NCBI GenBank assembly: GCA_039815185.1
Contig: JBCBZT010000025.1
Location: 32,001-96,000, forward strand
DNA: 64,000 bases
Source: Cyanobacteria bacterium P01_A01_bin.123
GTDB taxonomy: Bacteria > Cyanobacteriota > Cyanobacteriia > Phormidesmidales > Phormidesmidaceae
Direction of reading: 5' to 3'
Within the stretch, counting starts at the first letter, position 1. Each line of letters begins with the position of its first letter. The notes below the pieces were generated by a model, which saw nothing but the letters and a program-made list of their open reading frames with translations, had not been told where the DNA came from and searched no databases. Positions 1 to 10,768 of the stretch are shown here, piece by piece. The translations under genes and the position numbers were made by a program.

Positions 1-2329
1 TAATCCCCGCTTCGGCTCGCAGATTGCGAATCGTGCGAACAGTACCGATCAACAGCGTAAATTGCCGTTCTAGCTCATCTGAAATCAAATCGGCCTGTAA
101 AACTGGGGATGCCTGCACCGCTAAGCAGACTTCGTCTCCTGTTTGGGTCAAGGTATGCCACACTTCCTCAGTGATATGGGGCATAAACGGGTGCAGCAAT
201 TTCAAAATGCCTTCTAGCACATAGGCCAGGGTTTGCTGGGCTACCCGCTTTGAGTTCAGATCATCCCCCTGTAGCCGGGATTTCACCAGTTCGATATACC
301 AGTCGCAAAAGTCACCCCAGATAAACTCATAGAGTTCTTTAGCCGCCTCGCCCAAGCCATAACGGTCAAACTGGTCAGCCACAGTTTGTACCACTCGGTT
401 AAAGCGAGACAAAATCCAGCGATCGCAGAGTTCAAGCGTCCCCAAATCTGGGTTACCCAAAGCCTGGGGTGTTTGCCCGCCCAGGTTCATCATCACAAAC
501 CGAGATGCGTTCCACAGCTTGTTGGCAAACTTACCGGATGTCTCCACCGACGGGGATTCATCGGTTTTGCGGTCATATTCGATGCGAATGTCTTGCCCTG
601 CCCCGGCGACTTCCCGAATCAGGGTGTAGCGTAGGGCATCGGTGCCGTATTTATTGATTAGCACTAGCGGATCGATGCCGTTGCCCTTAGTCTTCGACAT
701 CTTTTGGTTGTTTTCGTCCCGTACTAGGCCGTGAATATACACCGTATCGAAGGGCATGGTTTGGGTGAAATGCCCAGCCATCATCGTCATCCGCGCTACC
801 CAAAAGAAGATGATGTCAAACCCAGTGACCAGTGTGGTAGTGGGATAGTACTTTTGAAAATCGATAGCGGATTCGTCTGGCCATCCCATAGTCGAAAAGG
901 GCCATAACCCTGATGAAAACCAGGTGTCGAGCACATCAGGGTCTTGCTTTAGCTCTACCCACACGCCAAACTTTGCTTCCGCTTTTTCCCGCGCTTCGGT
1001 TTCATTCATGGCCACCACAAAGGGGGTATTATCGGCGATTTCGCCATTGGTTTCACTCACCGCGTACCACGCTGGGATTTGATGGCCCCACCAAAGCTGG
1101 CGAGAAATACACCAGTCACGCAGGTTAACTAACCAATCGCGATAGACCTTAGTCCAGCGCTCAGGGACAAACTGAGGTGAATTGTGGTTGTCCAGCGCGT
1201 CTAAGGCCCGATCTGCCAAAGGGCGAATGCTGACAAACCATTGAGTCGACATCAGCGGTTCGATGGGCACTTTGCCGCGATCACTGTAGGGCACCGTGTG
1301 AGTATAGTCTTCGATCTTGACCAAATAGCCATCGTCTCGCAGGCGATCCACCACGGCTTTGCGGGCTTCAAACCGATCCATCCCCACAAACGGTCCCGCA
1401 TTTTCATTCATGGAGCCGTCTTTATTCATCACATTGATCAGCGGCAGGTTGTGGCGTTTACCCATTTCAAAGTCATTCGGGTCATGGGCTGGGGTGATTT
1501 TGACGCAGCCCGTGCCAAAAGTAGCATCCACATAGTCATCCGCTACGATCGGAATTTCCCGCTCCATAATCGGCAACCGCACGGTTTTGCCGACCATGTC
1601 TTGATAGCGGTTGTCGTTCGGGTTTACCGCCACGGCTGTATCGCCTAGCATGGTTTCGGGGCGGGTGGTTGCCACTTCTACATGGCCGGAGCCGTCAGTC
1701 AGGGGATAGCGAAAATGCCACAGATGTCCCTCAACCTCTTTTTGCTCCACTTCCACATCAGACACAGCAGACAGGCTAGCGGGGCACCAGTTCACCAAGT
1801 AGCTACCGCGATAAATCAGCCCTTCGTCGTAGAGCTTATTAAAAGCTATCAGCACTGCCTGGGAAAGCCCCTCATCCATCGTGAAGCGTTCCCGCGTCCA
1901 GTCTACAGATACACCCAGCTTGCGCAACTGCCCCACAATCGTGCCGCCCGATTCTGCCTTCCATTCCCAGGCTCGGTTGAGATAGGCATCGCGATCAACA
2001 TCCGCATCCGCACGGGATTTGCCCTGATCCTTGAGTTCTCGATCCAAAATGGTGCTCACGGCAATGCTGGCGTGATCGGTGCCGGGGAGCCAGAGGGTGT
2101 TGCGCCCCTGCATGCGGTGATAGCGCACCAGCACATCAATCAGCGCGTTTTCAAAGGCATGGCCCATGTGCAAACTGCCCGTCACATTCGGTGGCGGAAT
2201 GACGACGCAGTAGGGATCTCCTGCTTGCGCTGGATCTGCTTTGAAGACTTGGTTTTCTTCCCAGTACTGCTGCCACTTAGACTCGGTCTCAAAGGGATCG
2301 TACTGGCTAGAGAGGGTGGGGACAGTCAT
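1..2329 (-). CDS. valS: Valine--tRNA ligase, 5' part (runs off the window start)
   Basis: Manual translation from ATG at 2329 gives [20 protein letters not shown]...[13 protein letters not shown] (class I HIGH motif) and [12 protein letters not shown] (KMSKS motif) near 700. Absent from the ORF track because the stop lies outside the window. Confidence 0.97.
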   Translation of the reverse strand, partial: MTVPTLSSQYDPFETESKWQQYWEENQVFKADPAQAGDPYCVVIPPPNVTGSLHMGHAFENALIDVLVRYHRMQGRNTLWLPGTDHASIAVSTILDRELKDQGKSRADADVDRDAYLNRAWEWKAESGGTIVGQLRKLGVSVDWTRERFTMDEGLSQAVLIAFNKLYDEGLIYRGSYLVNWCPASLSAVSDVEVEQKEVEGHLWHFRYPLTDGSGHVEVATTRPETMLGDTAVAVNPNDNRYQDMVGKTVRLPIMEREIPIVADDYVDATFGTGCVKITPAHDPNDFEMGKRHNLPLINVMNKDGSMNENAGPFVGMDRFEARKAVVDRLRDDGYLVKIEDYTHTVPYSDRGKVPIEPLMSTQWFVSIRPLADRALDALDNHNSPQFVPERWTKVYRDWLVNLRDWCISRQLWWGHQIPAWYAVSETNGEIADNTPFVVAMNETEAREKAEAKFGVWVELKQDPDVLDTWFSSGLWPFSTMGWPDESAIDFQKYYPTTTLVTGFDIIFFWVARMTMMAGHFTQTMPFDTVYIHGLVRDENNQKMSKTKGNGIDPLVLINKYGTDALRYTLIREVAGAGQDIRIEYDRKTDESPSVETSGKFANKLWNASRFVMMNLGGQTPQALGNPDLGTLELCDRWILSRFNRVVQTVADQFDRYGLGEAAKELYEFIWGDFCDWYIELVKSRLQGDDLNSKRVAQQTLAYVLEGILKLLHPFMPHITEEVWHTLTQTGDEVCLAVQASPVLQADLISDELERQFTLLIGTVRTIRNLRAEAGI

Positions 2330-2589
2330 TGCAGGATAAAAGTATGAACCATTATCCGTCAATCTTAGTGCAGAGGAGAGCCCTTTATAACCATTGCAGC
2401 AGCGATTTCCGTTTCGCCTCAGATATCATCTCCAAGCGTAGATGCTTGAACGCTGATATCTCCTTTTATTAGGAAGAAATTTGTTGGTCAATTAACCTCC
2501 TATTCAAGAAAAGGTTTAACGCGATCGCATTGTTAGCGATCGCCACTCTCCCTACTGATCCAAACATCAAATGGAACTCAACTTAGCGC

Positions 2590-4014
2590 CTAAGCAATTG
2601 ATCGCCGGAAGTTAAAGAACTTGGTTAGAACATTTTTTAAGAAGTCATTCTTGGCAAACTTTTGCTTCGTCAATTGCAAGGCCGCCTTACTGTTAACCTC
2701 AGACAGCGTGGGATAGACGTGAATCACTTTAAGGGCATCGATTTTGAGTTTGTAGCTCATCGCCAACACGACTTCGTGAATTAGCTCCCCAGCTGATGGG
2801 CCAACAATATGAGCCCCGAGAATTTCCCCATTACTGCGGGTAATGAACTTGGCAAAACCAATGCCAGCCGCTTCGGCTAAGGCGCGATCGACTTCCTTAA
2901 ACTCATGCTTAAGCACATAGACATCGTCGTAGCGGCGTCGGGCTTCGGCTTCGGTTAGGCCCACTCGCGCCAGTTCAGGCTCCGTAAACGTCGCCCAGGG
3001 AATTACTCGGTAGTCAGCCTTTTTAGTGGGGAAGAACAGAGCATTTTGCAGCACTACGGCGGCTTCATACCCAGCGACATGGGTAAACTGATAGCCACCA
3101 ATCACATCTCCAGCCCCATAGATTTTGGGATTCGTCGACTGGAGTTTTTCATTGACTTTGATACCTTGCTTACCCACTTCAACCCCGGCAGCCTGCAAGT
3201 TGAGCGATTCCACATTGGGGACGCGTCCGGCGGAAAGCAAAATTTCGTCTACGATAATCACTTCATTGCCAATGTAGATGTGCTTTTTGCCGTTGATTAC
3301 CTCTACTTTCTTGGCTCGGCTTTGGTTGAAGATACGAACCCCTTCCGACAGCAGTTGTTCTTCAACAACGCGAGCCGCTTCAGGGTCTTCTTTAGGCATG
3401 ATGTGGTCACGGCTAGAGATGATTGACACCTCAGACCCTAAGCGGTGGAAAGACTGACCCAGTTCACAACCAATTGGGCCTGCACCGATCACCGCCAGGG
3501 AATCAGGCCTTTCTTTCAAAGAGAACACACTGATATTAGTGATGTAACCTGCCGCTTTGAGGCCTTCTACGGGGGGCAAGCTAGGGCGTGATCCAGTCGC
3601 CACCACAAAGTTGCGGGCTTTAAGTTGGCGACCATTGACTTCAAAGGTATGACCGTCAATAAACTGCCCCTCTCCGTAAATCACTTCAACTCCCAGAGAT
3701 TCAAACCGCTCAGTGGAGTCGTGTTCTTGAATCGTGTCGATGACGCGGTGAACGTGGCCTAAAGCTTCGTGCAGGCGAATGTCTGAAATGTCAGCATAGA
3801 TGCCGAATTTTTCGGAGTGTTTGACGTCGTGGGCAACCCGAGCAGCATGGATTAAAGACTTACTGGGGACACAGCCATAGTGCAAGCAGTCACCGCCGAG
3901 ACGACCGTCTTTTTCAATCAAAGCAACACGTGCCTTTAGCTGTGCTCCGGCACTGGCGACGACTAACCCAGCCGATCCGCCTCCAATTACGACCAAATCA
4001 TATTCAACTGCCAC
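2590..4014 (-). CDS. Pyridine nucleotide-disulfide oxidoreductase (dihydrolipoamide dehydrogenase / mercuric reductase-like)
   Basis: GGGSAG FAD motif, GGDCLHYGCVPSK redox disulfide, GAGPIG NAD motif and HVYPTLSE. GTG at 4014 follows AGGAGA. The C-terminal Cys-Cys pair of true MerA is absent. Confidence 0.9.
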   Translation of the reverse strand: MAVEYDLVVIGGGSAGLVVASAGAQLKARVALIEKDGRLGGDCLHYGCVPSKSLIHAARVAHDVKHSEKFGIYADISDIRLHEALGHVHRVIDTIQEHDSTERFESLGVEVIYGEGQFIDGHTFEVNGRQLKARNFVVATGSRPSLPPVEGLKAAGYITNISVFSLKERPDSLAVIGAGPIGCELGQSFHRLGSEVSIISSRDHIMPKEDPEAARVVEEQLLSEGVRIFNQSRAKKVEVINGKKHIYIGNEVIIVDEILLSAGRVPNVESLNLQAAGVEVGKQGIKVNEKLQSTNPKIYGAGDVIGGYQFTHVAGYEAAVVLQNALFFPTKKADYRVIPWATFTEPELARVGLTEAEARRRYDDVYVLKHEFKEVDRALAEAAGIGFAKFITRSNGEILGAHIVGPSAGELIHEVVLAMSYKLKIDALKVIHVYPTLSEVNSKAALQLTKQKFAKNDFLKNVLTKFFNFRRSIA

Positions 4015-4125
4015 GACTTTTCTCCTGAGCATCTACATCATTGGGCTGATGTTTAGAGCTTAAGTAGCGTAACTGAATCTGGGCTGAGAACCGTTGGAGA
4101 ATTTTAGAATTAAATCCTGCGACCT

Positions 4126-4180
4126 CCAGATCTATGTTTTTTCCTTAAGCTAAAAACTCAAAGTTTCAAGTCGGATGTGG
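4126..4180. repeat. Short dispersed repeat, copy 1 (CCAGATC...TCGGATGTGG)
   Basis: Aligns by eye with 9093-9152. Confidence 0.6.
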
Positions 4181-4219
4181 TTTATAAAGTTGGGAATTTC
4201 CAACAAAATTCAGCGGACT

Positions 4220-4957
4220 TCAGAGATTTGAGACCAAAACCCCCATTTCTTTTTGGATCGGGACAATGTTGAGGACGTCTAGTTGGGCACAATATTTCAA
4301 ATCTTCAGTGTTGTTAAGCTTCAGTAGGCGCTGGCCATGGCTGGCAGCGTGCATCAATTCGAGCAGTTGCCCCTGCCAATTGAGATAGAGGGCAACGGCG
4401 GCAACCAGAGCATCGTTGCCTGCAATCTCTTGGAAGGTCAGCCCAGTAGCGGCGATGATGCCGTGGGCGATCGCGCCTGCACAAACCGTATCTTCTAATG
4501 AATAGGTGCCTTCCCAACCCGACCCCACTAGCCAAACAGTATCAGGTTGATGCTGCATGAGGAAATCCACAACGGCCTGTCGAGTTGTGAGGGCAGCGGT
4601 AATCACTATGGGTGCATGCTGAATCTTTTCCATGCAGCGAGTGCCGTTTGTCGTGCTCATGAAGAGTCGCCGCCCCTGGGTTCGGTCTGCCGTGTGATCG
4701 AGGGGAGAATTGCCCAACTCGCACCCCTCTACCCGGGCACCGCCCCTTTCTCCAGCGCGAATGCGTTTGTCTACAGGCCAATGCTCGCTGGCTTGCAACA
4801 GCTTGTCAATGTTGCTGAATACTTGAATAGCCTCAGCTCCCGCATTAAACGCAGCGGCCATGGTCGAGGTTGCCCGCAGGACATCGATCGCGATCGCGCA
4901 ATCAGACATCTCATCAACGGGTACTTCTTCTGGAGTATGGAAAACAAATAGTTTCAC
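4220..4957 (-). CDS. comB: 2-phosphosulfolactate phosphatase family protein
   Basis: [24 protein letters not shown] and SLEDTVCAG motifs. Confidence 0.92.
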   Translation of the reverse strand: MKLFVFHTPEEVPVDEMSDCAIAIDVLRATSTMAAAFNAGAEAIQVFSNIDKLLQASEHWPVDKRIRAGERGGARVEGCELGNSPLDHTADRTQGRRLFMSTTNGTRCMEKIQHAPIVITAALTTRQAVVDFLMQHQPDTVWLVGSGWEGTYSLEDTVCAGAIAHGIIAATGLTFQEIAGNDALVAAVALYLNWQGQLLELMHAASHGQRLLKLNNTEDLKYCAQLDVLNIVPIQKEMGVLVSNL

Positions 4958-5106
4958 TGGATATGAAAAGCTTAAGGGTTTATTTAGAATTCAGTTTCTC
5001 ATTTTATTCGGCAAATGTGATGGAATTCTGCTGATCTTCTCAAATTCTACGATTGACAAGAGCCAATACCATAGGCTTTGGCTCCCTGAGCCAGCCAAAT
5101 TATGCA

Positions 5107-5640
5107 TTAAGGCGACGATGACTTCAGGTTAGTGTCAGCCCTAGATTCATGAAAAATGGGCATGACATAAGCCCCCAGCCCCATGCCTGCAACTAGTCCG
5201 CAGGCCGTCATAGCCCAATTATTAATGCCCCAGCCTTCAAATCCCTGTAGGGTTAGTTCAAAAGGATAAAACAAACACAAGATGAATGTGATCACAAAAC
5301 CCCAAATGCCATATTGCTCAAGCCAATAGCGACTATGCCCTTGGGTTTTGCTATACAGTAAGCGCATTACTGCCAACCCCATCACCGTGCCGTAGCTGCG
5401 CATGCAAACCGCCATAGCATAGGGAGGAGAGAGGACAAGGCTCAGGTCAGGCTGAGGACAGACCCGTTGACCCACTGCATAAATGGTGTCTGCCATTTGC
5501 TGCAGTAGTGGTAAGGGGGCTGAGGCTAAAAATGGTGCGGCCAAAGGGCCTGATATCAATACAACTAATGTGACATCTGCCAATAGGCTTTTCCAGTTTT
5601 GGCTTTTTAGCAAGGTTCTTAGAGGAGAAGCTGGGGTCAT
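5107..5640 (-). CDS. DUF2085-like membrane protein
   Basis: Several hydrophobic helices with a VCPQ...MAVCMRSYG motif. Confidence 0.7.
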   Translation of the reverse strand: MTPASPLRTLLKSQNWKSLLADVTLVVLISGPLAAPFLASAPLPLLQQMADTIYAVGQRVCPQPDLSLVLSPPYAMAVCMRSYGTVMGLAVMRLLYSKTQGHSRYWLEQYGIWGFVITFILCLFYPFELTLQGFEGWGINNWAMTACGLVAGMGLGAYVMPIFHESRADTNLKSSSP

Positions 5641-5763
5641 AATTTGGGCGTTGATTAAAACTTAAGAGGATGCAGGCATTTTCAAAGGGAGCCCAGCCCA
5701 TCTCGCGCCACACATAAACCGTTCTTAATCGTAACAGTAACGGGATTTTTCATTCCTACCGTC

Positions 5764-6756
5764 GTGGCCCAAGGATGGGTTAGGCTTGCTCAGAAGGTAA
5801 GGTTACTGCGGTCATCTGTGGACGTTAAATCAATCACTCAATCTAAGCTCATTCAGCTTTTCGTCCGCACTGGGTTGAAATGGCAGCAGGATGGCTGTTT
5901 GGACATGGGGGCTTCCCTGGCCTATTATGCGCTGTTTTCCCTATTCCCAGTGTTGTTATTGATCTTGAGTATTGTCGGATCTTTGCTGGGGCCCAATACA
6001 AACACCTATGATGAGACTTCGAGGTTTGCCCAAGAACTGCTGCCTCCCACTGCCTTCGTCGTGGTAGACGAAACATTGCTCCAGCTGCATAACAACAGTT
6101 TTGGTGCTAGTGTTGTCGGTTTTGCCATACTGTTATTTACGGCCAGCGGCTTTTTTGGAGCCCTTGATCGCTCCTTTGAAAAAATTTGGCGGGCCCACGA
6201 GCCGCCGATTGAAGGGCTGAGTATTTGGCAAATTGTGCAAAACTTCTTGCGGCGACGGGTATTTGCTTTTTTGCTGGTGCTTGGCTCGGTGGTGATTATG
6301 TTGGTGTCGCTCCTGTCTAAAATCGCGATCGCGGTGATGTTGCGCATCATTGCCAATTTCAGCAGTCGGCTAAACATGGGCGATTTAGAAAGGTTCAACC
6401 TGCTCCCATTTCTCCAACTGATTACGTCGTTCTTACTGCTGACATTGGTGCTAATCACCTTGTTTAAGGTGCTACCCCCAACCCGGGTTCGCTGGGGAGA
6501 CGTATGGCTAGGGGGGCTATTGACGGCAGTGCTGCTGGTCATTTTGCAGCAGCTTATTAGTAATAGTGTGGTCAGTTTAGGGAGTCGATTCAAATCCTAC
6601 GGCGTCGTGGGTGGTGTCATGGTGCTGATGTTATGGATTTATCTCACCAGTCAAATCTTTTTTCTGGGGGGCGAATTCACCTATGTGTATGCCCGCATGT
6701 TTGGTAGCCGTCAGCGAGAAAAATCGCGATCGCCCAATACGCTATTCCCCTCTTGA
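5764..6756 (+). CDS. YihY/virulence factor BrkB family membrane protein
   Basis: GASLAYYALFSLFP, YGVVGGVMVLMLWIY and FFLGGEF motifs; about 6 TM segments. Start could be the GTG at 5818. Confidence 0.9.
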   Translation: MAQGWVRLAQKVRLLRSSVDVKSITQSKLIQLFVRTGLKWQQDGCLDMGASLAYYALFSLFPVLLLILSIVGSLLGPNTNTYDETSRFAQELLPPTAFVVVDETLLQLHNNSFGASVVGFAILLFTASGFFGALDRSFEKIWRAHEPPIEGLSIWQIVQNFLRRRVFAFLLVLGSVVIMLVSLLSKIAIAVMLRIIANFSSRLNMGDLERFNLLPFLQLITSFLLLTLVLITLFKVLPPTRVRWGDVWLGGLLTAVLLVILQQLISNSVVSLGSRFKSYGVVGGVMVLMLWIYLTSQIFFLGGEFTYVYARMFGSRQREKSRSPNTLFPS

Positions 6757-6846
6757 AGCACTTGAATAAGCGAATCAGCACATAAGTTTTATCGATATCG
6801 TGTTGCTTGATAGCGGTATGGTTCAGCCCCCTCTGCCCATAGTATA

Positions 6847-6887
6847 GGAGGGCCTCATTACCCTAGGATTGGGGAATGGGGCCCTCC
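6847..6887. terminator. Stem-loop between the convergent brkB-like gene and cpcD
   Basis: GGAGGGCCTCATT...AATGGGGCCCTCC inverted repeat. Confidence 0.55.
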
Positions 6888-6946
6888 AGGCATGCAAAAG
6901 AAGAGAGCACGTTTGAGGCTTTTTATACAGCCTCTCGGTGAGTTTC

Positions 6947-7201
6947 TTATGGGGAGGTTGTCGAAGCTACCTCTGGCGCATTTAAAGGGCGGATGTTGAC
7001 AATTTTGCCCCCTAGCAATGTAATCGATCGCATGACTTCATTCATACGATGAAAAGGTACCTGAATGGATTGATTATCACTCGTTCGAATCGGTGATTGG
7101 TGACTAACGGTTACCTCATTTTGACGTAAGCCAGCTACCTCATAGACAAAAATGCGATTCTCTAGACCAGAGACACCACTTGTTGAATATTGTCCCAACA
7201 T
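6947..7201 (-). CDS. cpcD: Phycocyanin rod-capping linker CpcD
   Basis: MLGQ...RIFVYEVAGLRQ...VPFHRMNEVMRSITLLGGKIVNIRP, a CpcD/ApcC domain; last gene of the cpc operon. Confidence 0.92.
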   Translation of the reverse strand: MLGQYSTSGVSGLENRIFVYEVAGLRQNEVTVSHQSPIRTSDNQSIQVPFHRMNEVMRSITLLGGKIVNIRPLNAPEVASTTSP

Positions 7202-7252
7202 GATCAATACCTCATCTTGAATCGTGATCTTTTAGTTTGAGTCGTCAACCGC

Positions 7253-8125
7253 TCAAGCCTGAGTGATACTAGCCACCCGGCCCCCAGTTTTATTAATTTG
7301 CTGCAAGGTTTGAGAGAGGGCTTCATAGGTGACCACCAAAACCCGACTGCTACGGCGAATACTGGGATACCCTGGGCGCCGCATACCAGCAATTTCAATG
7401 CGATAGAGGTTACCTCGATCCGTGGTCGAGCCAGATCGCCCAAAGACACGGGTATTAACAGTCCCTTGCTTGGAGGCTTTGTAAGCCCAACCGTTTTGAC
7501 CTGCCCCCGACGGCGGTACTACTGCAGATACGCTGCCCGACCCCAATTCCGAAGCTAAGCGGGATTCACTGCCCGCAATTTGTGAGCGATCGCTGTTGGC
7601 ATAGCCCCGGTACAAACTGAACATCCGGGTAAAACCTGCAATCTTCTGACCCACCTGAGTATTAAAACCTCGATAGTAAGGGACTATATTGTCCCCGAAA
7701 TTATTCTCGTACTCTGCCGTATCAATGTAGGAGTCAATATCGGCATCAAATCCTTGGTTTTGGTATCGATCAAGGTGTTCAATGACTTCCGCTTCATCGT
7801 AAGGGGCACGTCCCAATAGATGCTTGAAATTTAACTCAATGACGCGAGTTTGAAAGTTAGGATACAAAAACTTGGTTTTATACAACTCTGATTGGGCCAA
7901 GGCACGCACAAAATCCCTAACAGTTAAGGCACCGTTGGTCAGTAAAGACTCTAGTTCAAGCAGGCGCTCTGATTGCATTAAATAATCATTGCCCAAGATT
8001 TGCCGATAGACAGCAGAAATGACAGCTTTAGCATCGCTGGAGGACCAGCTTGGGCGCAGCTCTACCGGACTTTGCTCAGTAAAAGGCATTGTCCCTAAAC
8101 GAGCGGCTGCTGTTGTAATAGCCAC
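7253..8125 (-). CDS. cpcI: Phycocyanin rod linker (CpcI / CpcC family)
   Basis: PBS linker domain (YRQILGN...[12 protein letters not shown]) plus C-terminal CpcD-like domain. GTG start after AAGGAGA. Sequence and position match the second linker of cpcBAHID operons. Confidence 0.85.
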   Translation of the reverse strand: MAITTAAARLGTMPFTEQSPVELRPSWSSSDAKAVISAVYRQILGNDYLMQSERLLELESLLTNGALTVRDFVRALAQSELYKTKFLYPNFQTRVIELNFKHLLGRAPYDEAEVIEHLDRYQNQGFDADIDSYIDTAEYENNFGDNIVPYYRGFNTQVGQKIAGFTRMFSLYRGYANSDRSQIAGSESRLASELGSGSVSAVVPPSGAGQNGWAYKASKQGTVNTRVFGRSGSTTDRGNLYRIEIAGMRRPGYPSIRRSSRVLVVTYEALSQTLQQINKTGGRVASITQA

Positions 8126-8198
8126 AGATGAATCTCCTTATGATCGTGTAACCAAATATCTTTGATGGCCTCAAGTTTATATAGGGGGCCAGGGCCGC

Positions 8199-9017
8199 TT
8201 AGGATGAGGCAATATTGACGATGCGGCTACCGCGCTGGTTAAGGCGCTGTAGGGTAGGTGACAACTGCTCATACGTGACAAGATATTCTTGAACACTCCG
8301 GCGAATTTGTGGCGTCCGCCCACTGGCAGCTTGAGAGACGCGAATTCGGTACAGTTGCTCGCGTTGGCCTCCGGTTGTGCCCGACAGTTCTTTACTAAGG
8401 CTCGGCGTTCTTACCGGACTGGCCGAATTACGTGCGAGTTCGTTGGTGAGACAACCCTTTTTATTATTGACCTGGGCCCGATCGCTACTGGCATACCCCC
8501 GGTATAACTGAAACATTCTGGCAAAGCCAACGGTCTTTTGATTTCTTTGGGTCGCAAATCCTCGGTAGTAAGGCACAATGTGATCGCCAAAGTTTTCTCG
8601 ATATTCCGCTGAGTCAAAATAGCTGTCAATTTCAGCTTCGTAACCCTGCTGAGTATAAAGATTCACATGCTCGGAAATCTCGGACTCATCGTAGGGAGCC
8701 CGTCCGAGTAGATGCTTAAAGTTGAGTTCAATGAAGCGCACTTGAGGAGTGCTGTAAAAGAATTTTTGTTTATACAGCTCAGATAAAGCCAAAGCTCGAA
8801 CAAAATCTCGTACTCTGATATGGCCTTGTCTGAGTAGAGATTCAGAACTGGTGAGGCGTTCGGATTGCATCACATGGTCATTGCCCAACACCTGGCGATA
8901 GGTAGCCCAAATGATAGTTTGGATGTCTGACTCAGTCGAGTTGGCTCGCAATTCGGTGGGCGGCGTTTGGGCGAAAGGTTCAAATCCTAAAAGGCTTGCT
9001 GAAGTTGCACTGGTCAT
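8199..9017 (-). CDS. cpcH: Phycocyanin rod linker (CpcH / CpcC family)
   Basis: [24 protein letters not shown]...[16 protein letters not shown], then [12 protein letters not shown]; first linker after cpcA. Confidence 0.85.
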   Translation of the reverse strand: MTSATSASLLGFEPFAQTPPTELRANSTESDIQTIIWATYRQVLGNDHVMQSERLTSSESLLRQGHIRVRDFVRALALSELYKQKFFYSTPQVRFIELNFKHLLGRAPYDESEISEHVNLYTQQGYEAEIDSYFDSAEYRENFGDHIVPYYRGFATQRNQKTVGFARMFQLYRGYASSDRAQVNNKKGCLTNELARNSASPVRTPSLSKELSGTTGGQREQLYRIRVSQAASGRTPQIRRSVQEYLVTYEQLSPTLQRLNQRGSRIVNIASS

Positions 9018-9092
9018 ATGTATGGGGCTCCTCAGGCGGGCATAAATTATTAAATCGGGGTTATCCACTCAAAGCAGGAGATTAAACTTTGG

Positions 9093-9152
9093 CCACATCT
9101 AGCGCTACAGTTTTTCCGAAGTTAAAACCTCAAATGCTCAAATCGGATGTGG
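9093..9152. repeat. Short dispersed repeat, copy 2, with terminal inverted repeats CCACATC/GATGTGG
   Basis: Similar to 4126-4180. Confidence 0.6.
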
Positions 9153-9175
9153 TTGGTTCAGGGGATAGAAGCCAG

Positions 9176-9222
9176 GAGTCAGAATCCAGGAGTTAAGAGA
9201 AACCCGTACTGGATTCTGACTC
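9176..9222 (-). terminator. Perfect 14-bp stem-loop downstream of cpcA (partial terminator or mRNA stabiliser)
   Basis: GAGTCAGAATCCAG (9176-9189) and CTGGATTCTGACTC (9209-9222) are exact reverse complements. Confidence 0.6.
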
Positions 9223-9302
9223 AGATACTAGAAGCAAACCGTGCTGTAGGGCTATGCCCTATTTGCAGAATAGGCTGACTCCTGGTTTCTGACGGCTGAT
9301 CT

Positions 9303-9791
9303 TTAGCTCAAAGCATTGATGGCATAGTCAAGGTAAGAGTTGGCCTCAACAGCTGCATCTCCACTTAAACCGTGGTTAGATTTGATGTACTTGAGGGCCT
9401 CTACATACCAGCTGGGAGACAGTTCAAAGGTGCTATTGATTTCTGCAATCCCGGCGATCAGGTAATCATCCATCGGGCCAGTGCCGCCTGCAATTAAGCA
9501 GTAGGTCACCATGCGTAGATAGTAGCCAATATCCCGTGCGCATTTAGCTTTGCCTTCGGGAGTTGAGGCATAGTTGTTGCCTTGCATTTGAGTGGTGTAA
9601 GGGAACTTTTGGTATACGGCCTGAGCTGCACCATTCACCAAACCATCGGCGTTTTTGCTAAGTGCTTGAGCTGCGGTTAATCCAGCTTGTGCCTGACGAA
9701 AACGACCGAAGGCAACCTGAAGTTCAGAACTGCTGAGGAAACGGCCTTGAGAATCGGCAGCGGAGACTGCCTCAGTCATGGGAGTTTTCAT
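9303..9791 (-). CDS. cpcA: C-phycocyanin alpha subunit
   Basis: 162 aa, [19 protein letters not shown]...[13 protein letters not shown]...YAINALS; ATG at 9791. Confidence 0.98.
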   Translation of the reverse strand: MKTPMTEAVSAADSQGRFLSSSELQVAFGRFRQAQAGLTAAQALSKNADGLVNGAAQAVYQKFPYTTQMQGNNYASTPEGKAKCARDIGYYLRMVTYCLIAGGTGPMDDYLIAGIAEINSTFELSPSWYVEALKYIKSNHGLSGDAAVEANSYLDYAINALS

Positions 9792-9843
9792 GGGGAAGAT
9801 CTCTCTAAAAGGTTTACAAAAGGAGTAACAACAAGAATTTGGC

Positions 9844-10362
9844 TTAGCCCACGGCAGCAGCTGCGCGGTCAAAATAGCCAGTGAGTTCTGACATCAAAGA
9901 GCTGCAATCACCTTGAGTGATGCCAGCACGATCATTGGCGATCGCGACAGCCGCATCCTTCATCTTGTTGACGCCTTCTGCGACGGAAGCACCAGGAACC
10001 CCAAGGGCCACATAGGTCTCCCGCAAACCATTCAGGCAGCGATCATCCATCACACTGCCATCCCCTGTAAAAACGGCATAAGTGACATACCGCAGAATAA
10101 TTTCCATGTCTCGTAGGCAAGCCGCCATCCGGCGACTGGTATAGGCATTGCCGCCTGGTGCGATCAACTGGGGTTGGTCTGCAAACAAAGTGCGGGCTGC
10201 ATTGGCCACAATCGTGGATGAGTTGCTTGTAATTCGATTCACCACATCAATGCGCTTATTGCCATCAGCGACAAGCTGATTAAGGGCACTAATCTGATCA
10301 TCGGTGACATATGCTCCCCGCGCATCGGCTTGGGAAACGACTTTTGTAAAAACGTCAAACAT
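9844..10362 (-). CDS. cpcB: C-phycocyanin beta subunit
   Basis: 172 aa, [16 protein letters not shown]...[16 protein letters not shown]...GDCSSL; ATG at 10362 after AGGAGA. Confidence 0.98.
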   Translation of the reverse strand: MFDVFTKVVSQADARGAYVTDDQISALNQLVADGNKRIDVVNRITSNSSTIVANAARTLFADQPQLIAPGGNAYTSRRMAACLRDMEIILRYVTYAVFTGDGSVMDDRCLNGLRETYVALGVPGASVAEGVNKMKDAAVAIANDRAGITQGDCSSLMSELTGYFDRAAAAVG

Positions 10363-10670
10363 AGAAAACAATCTCCTACTTTGAACACGCAAATGAAAAC
10401 GTCTTAACGCTGGTTCAACGAGCAGTCTTGGTGATTGCGATGTCTTAAACAGGCTGTGCAACTCATAGTTTCTTGGCCTTGAGAGGGGAGAGCAACCGCC
10501 AAACAAAGCGAAACCCGTTGAGTTGGAACATCACGTCTCAACAGCACTCAAACCTTGATAAGGGATGTCTGTAAACAGCAACCCACAAGTTTTGCAAGAG
10601 TAAAGCCCTGGCAGTTGAACCGTCAGGGCTCAGGCCTTTCGAACCAGTGACCTGATTTAATCAATTGGGT

Positions 10671-10688
10671 TGTGCAGATGCTGTGCAC
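10671..10688 (-). promoter_or_regulatory. L-box (RcaC-binding direct repeat) upstream of cpcB
   Basis: Minus strand reads GTGCACA-GCAT-CTGCACA, against the known consensus TTGCACA-N4-TTGCACA; about 310 bp upstream of cpcB. Confidence 0.8.
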
Positions 10689-10768
10689 AATTTTGTATCT
10701 GCACCTTTACAATCGCTCAATCCTTTGTAGATAGGCTTTTTAGAACCTTGAAAGCGTGGTTTGTTATC

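Noticed and set aside
24..2347. Plus-strand ORFs (up to 221 aa) in the first 2.3 kb
   Set aside because: They are antisense shadows of valS, which occupies the minus strand with clear HIGH and KMSKS motifs.
2590..4014. Mercury resistance gene merA
   Set aside because: No C-terminal Cys-Cys pair, no N-terminal HMA domain and no mer operon genes; only the family-level call is supported.
4220..4957. Coenzyme M biosynthesis
   Set aside because: ComB-like phosphatases are widespread in cyanobacteria and no other com genes are present.
9792..10506. N-terminal extensions of CpcA and CpcB suggested by the ORF track
   Set aside because: Canonical starts at 9791 and 10362 give the standard 162 and 172 aa lengths with RBS-like sequences upstream.
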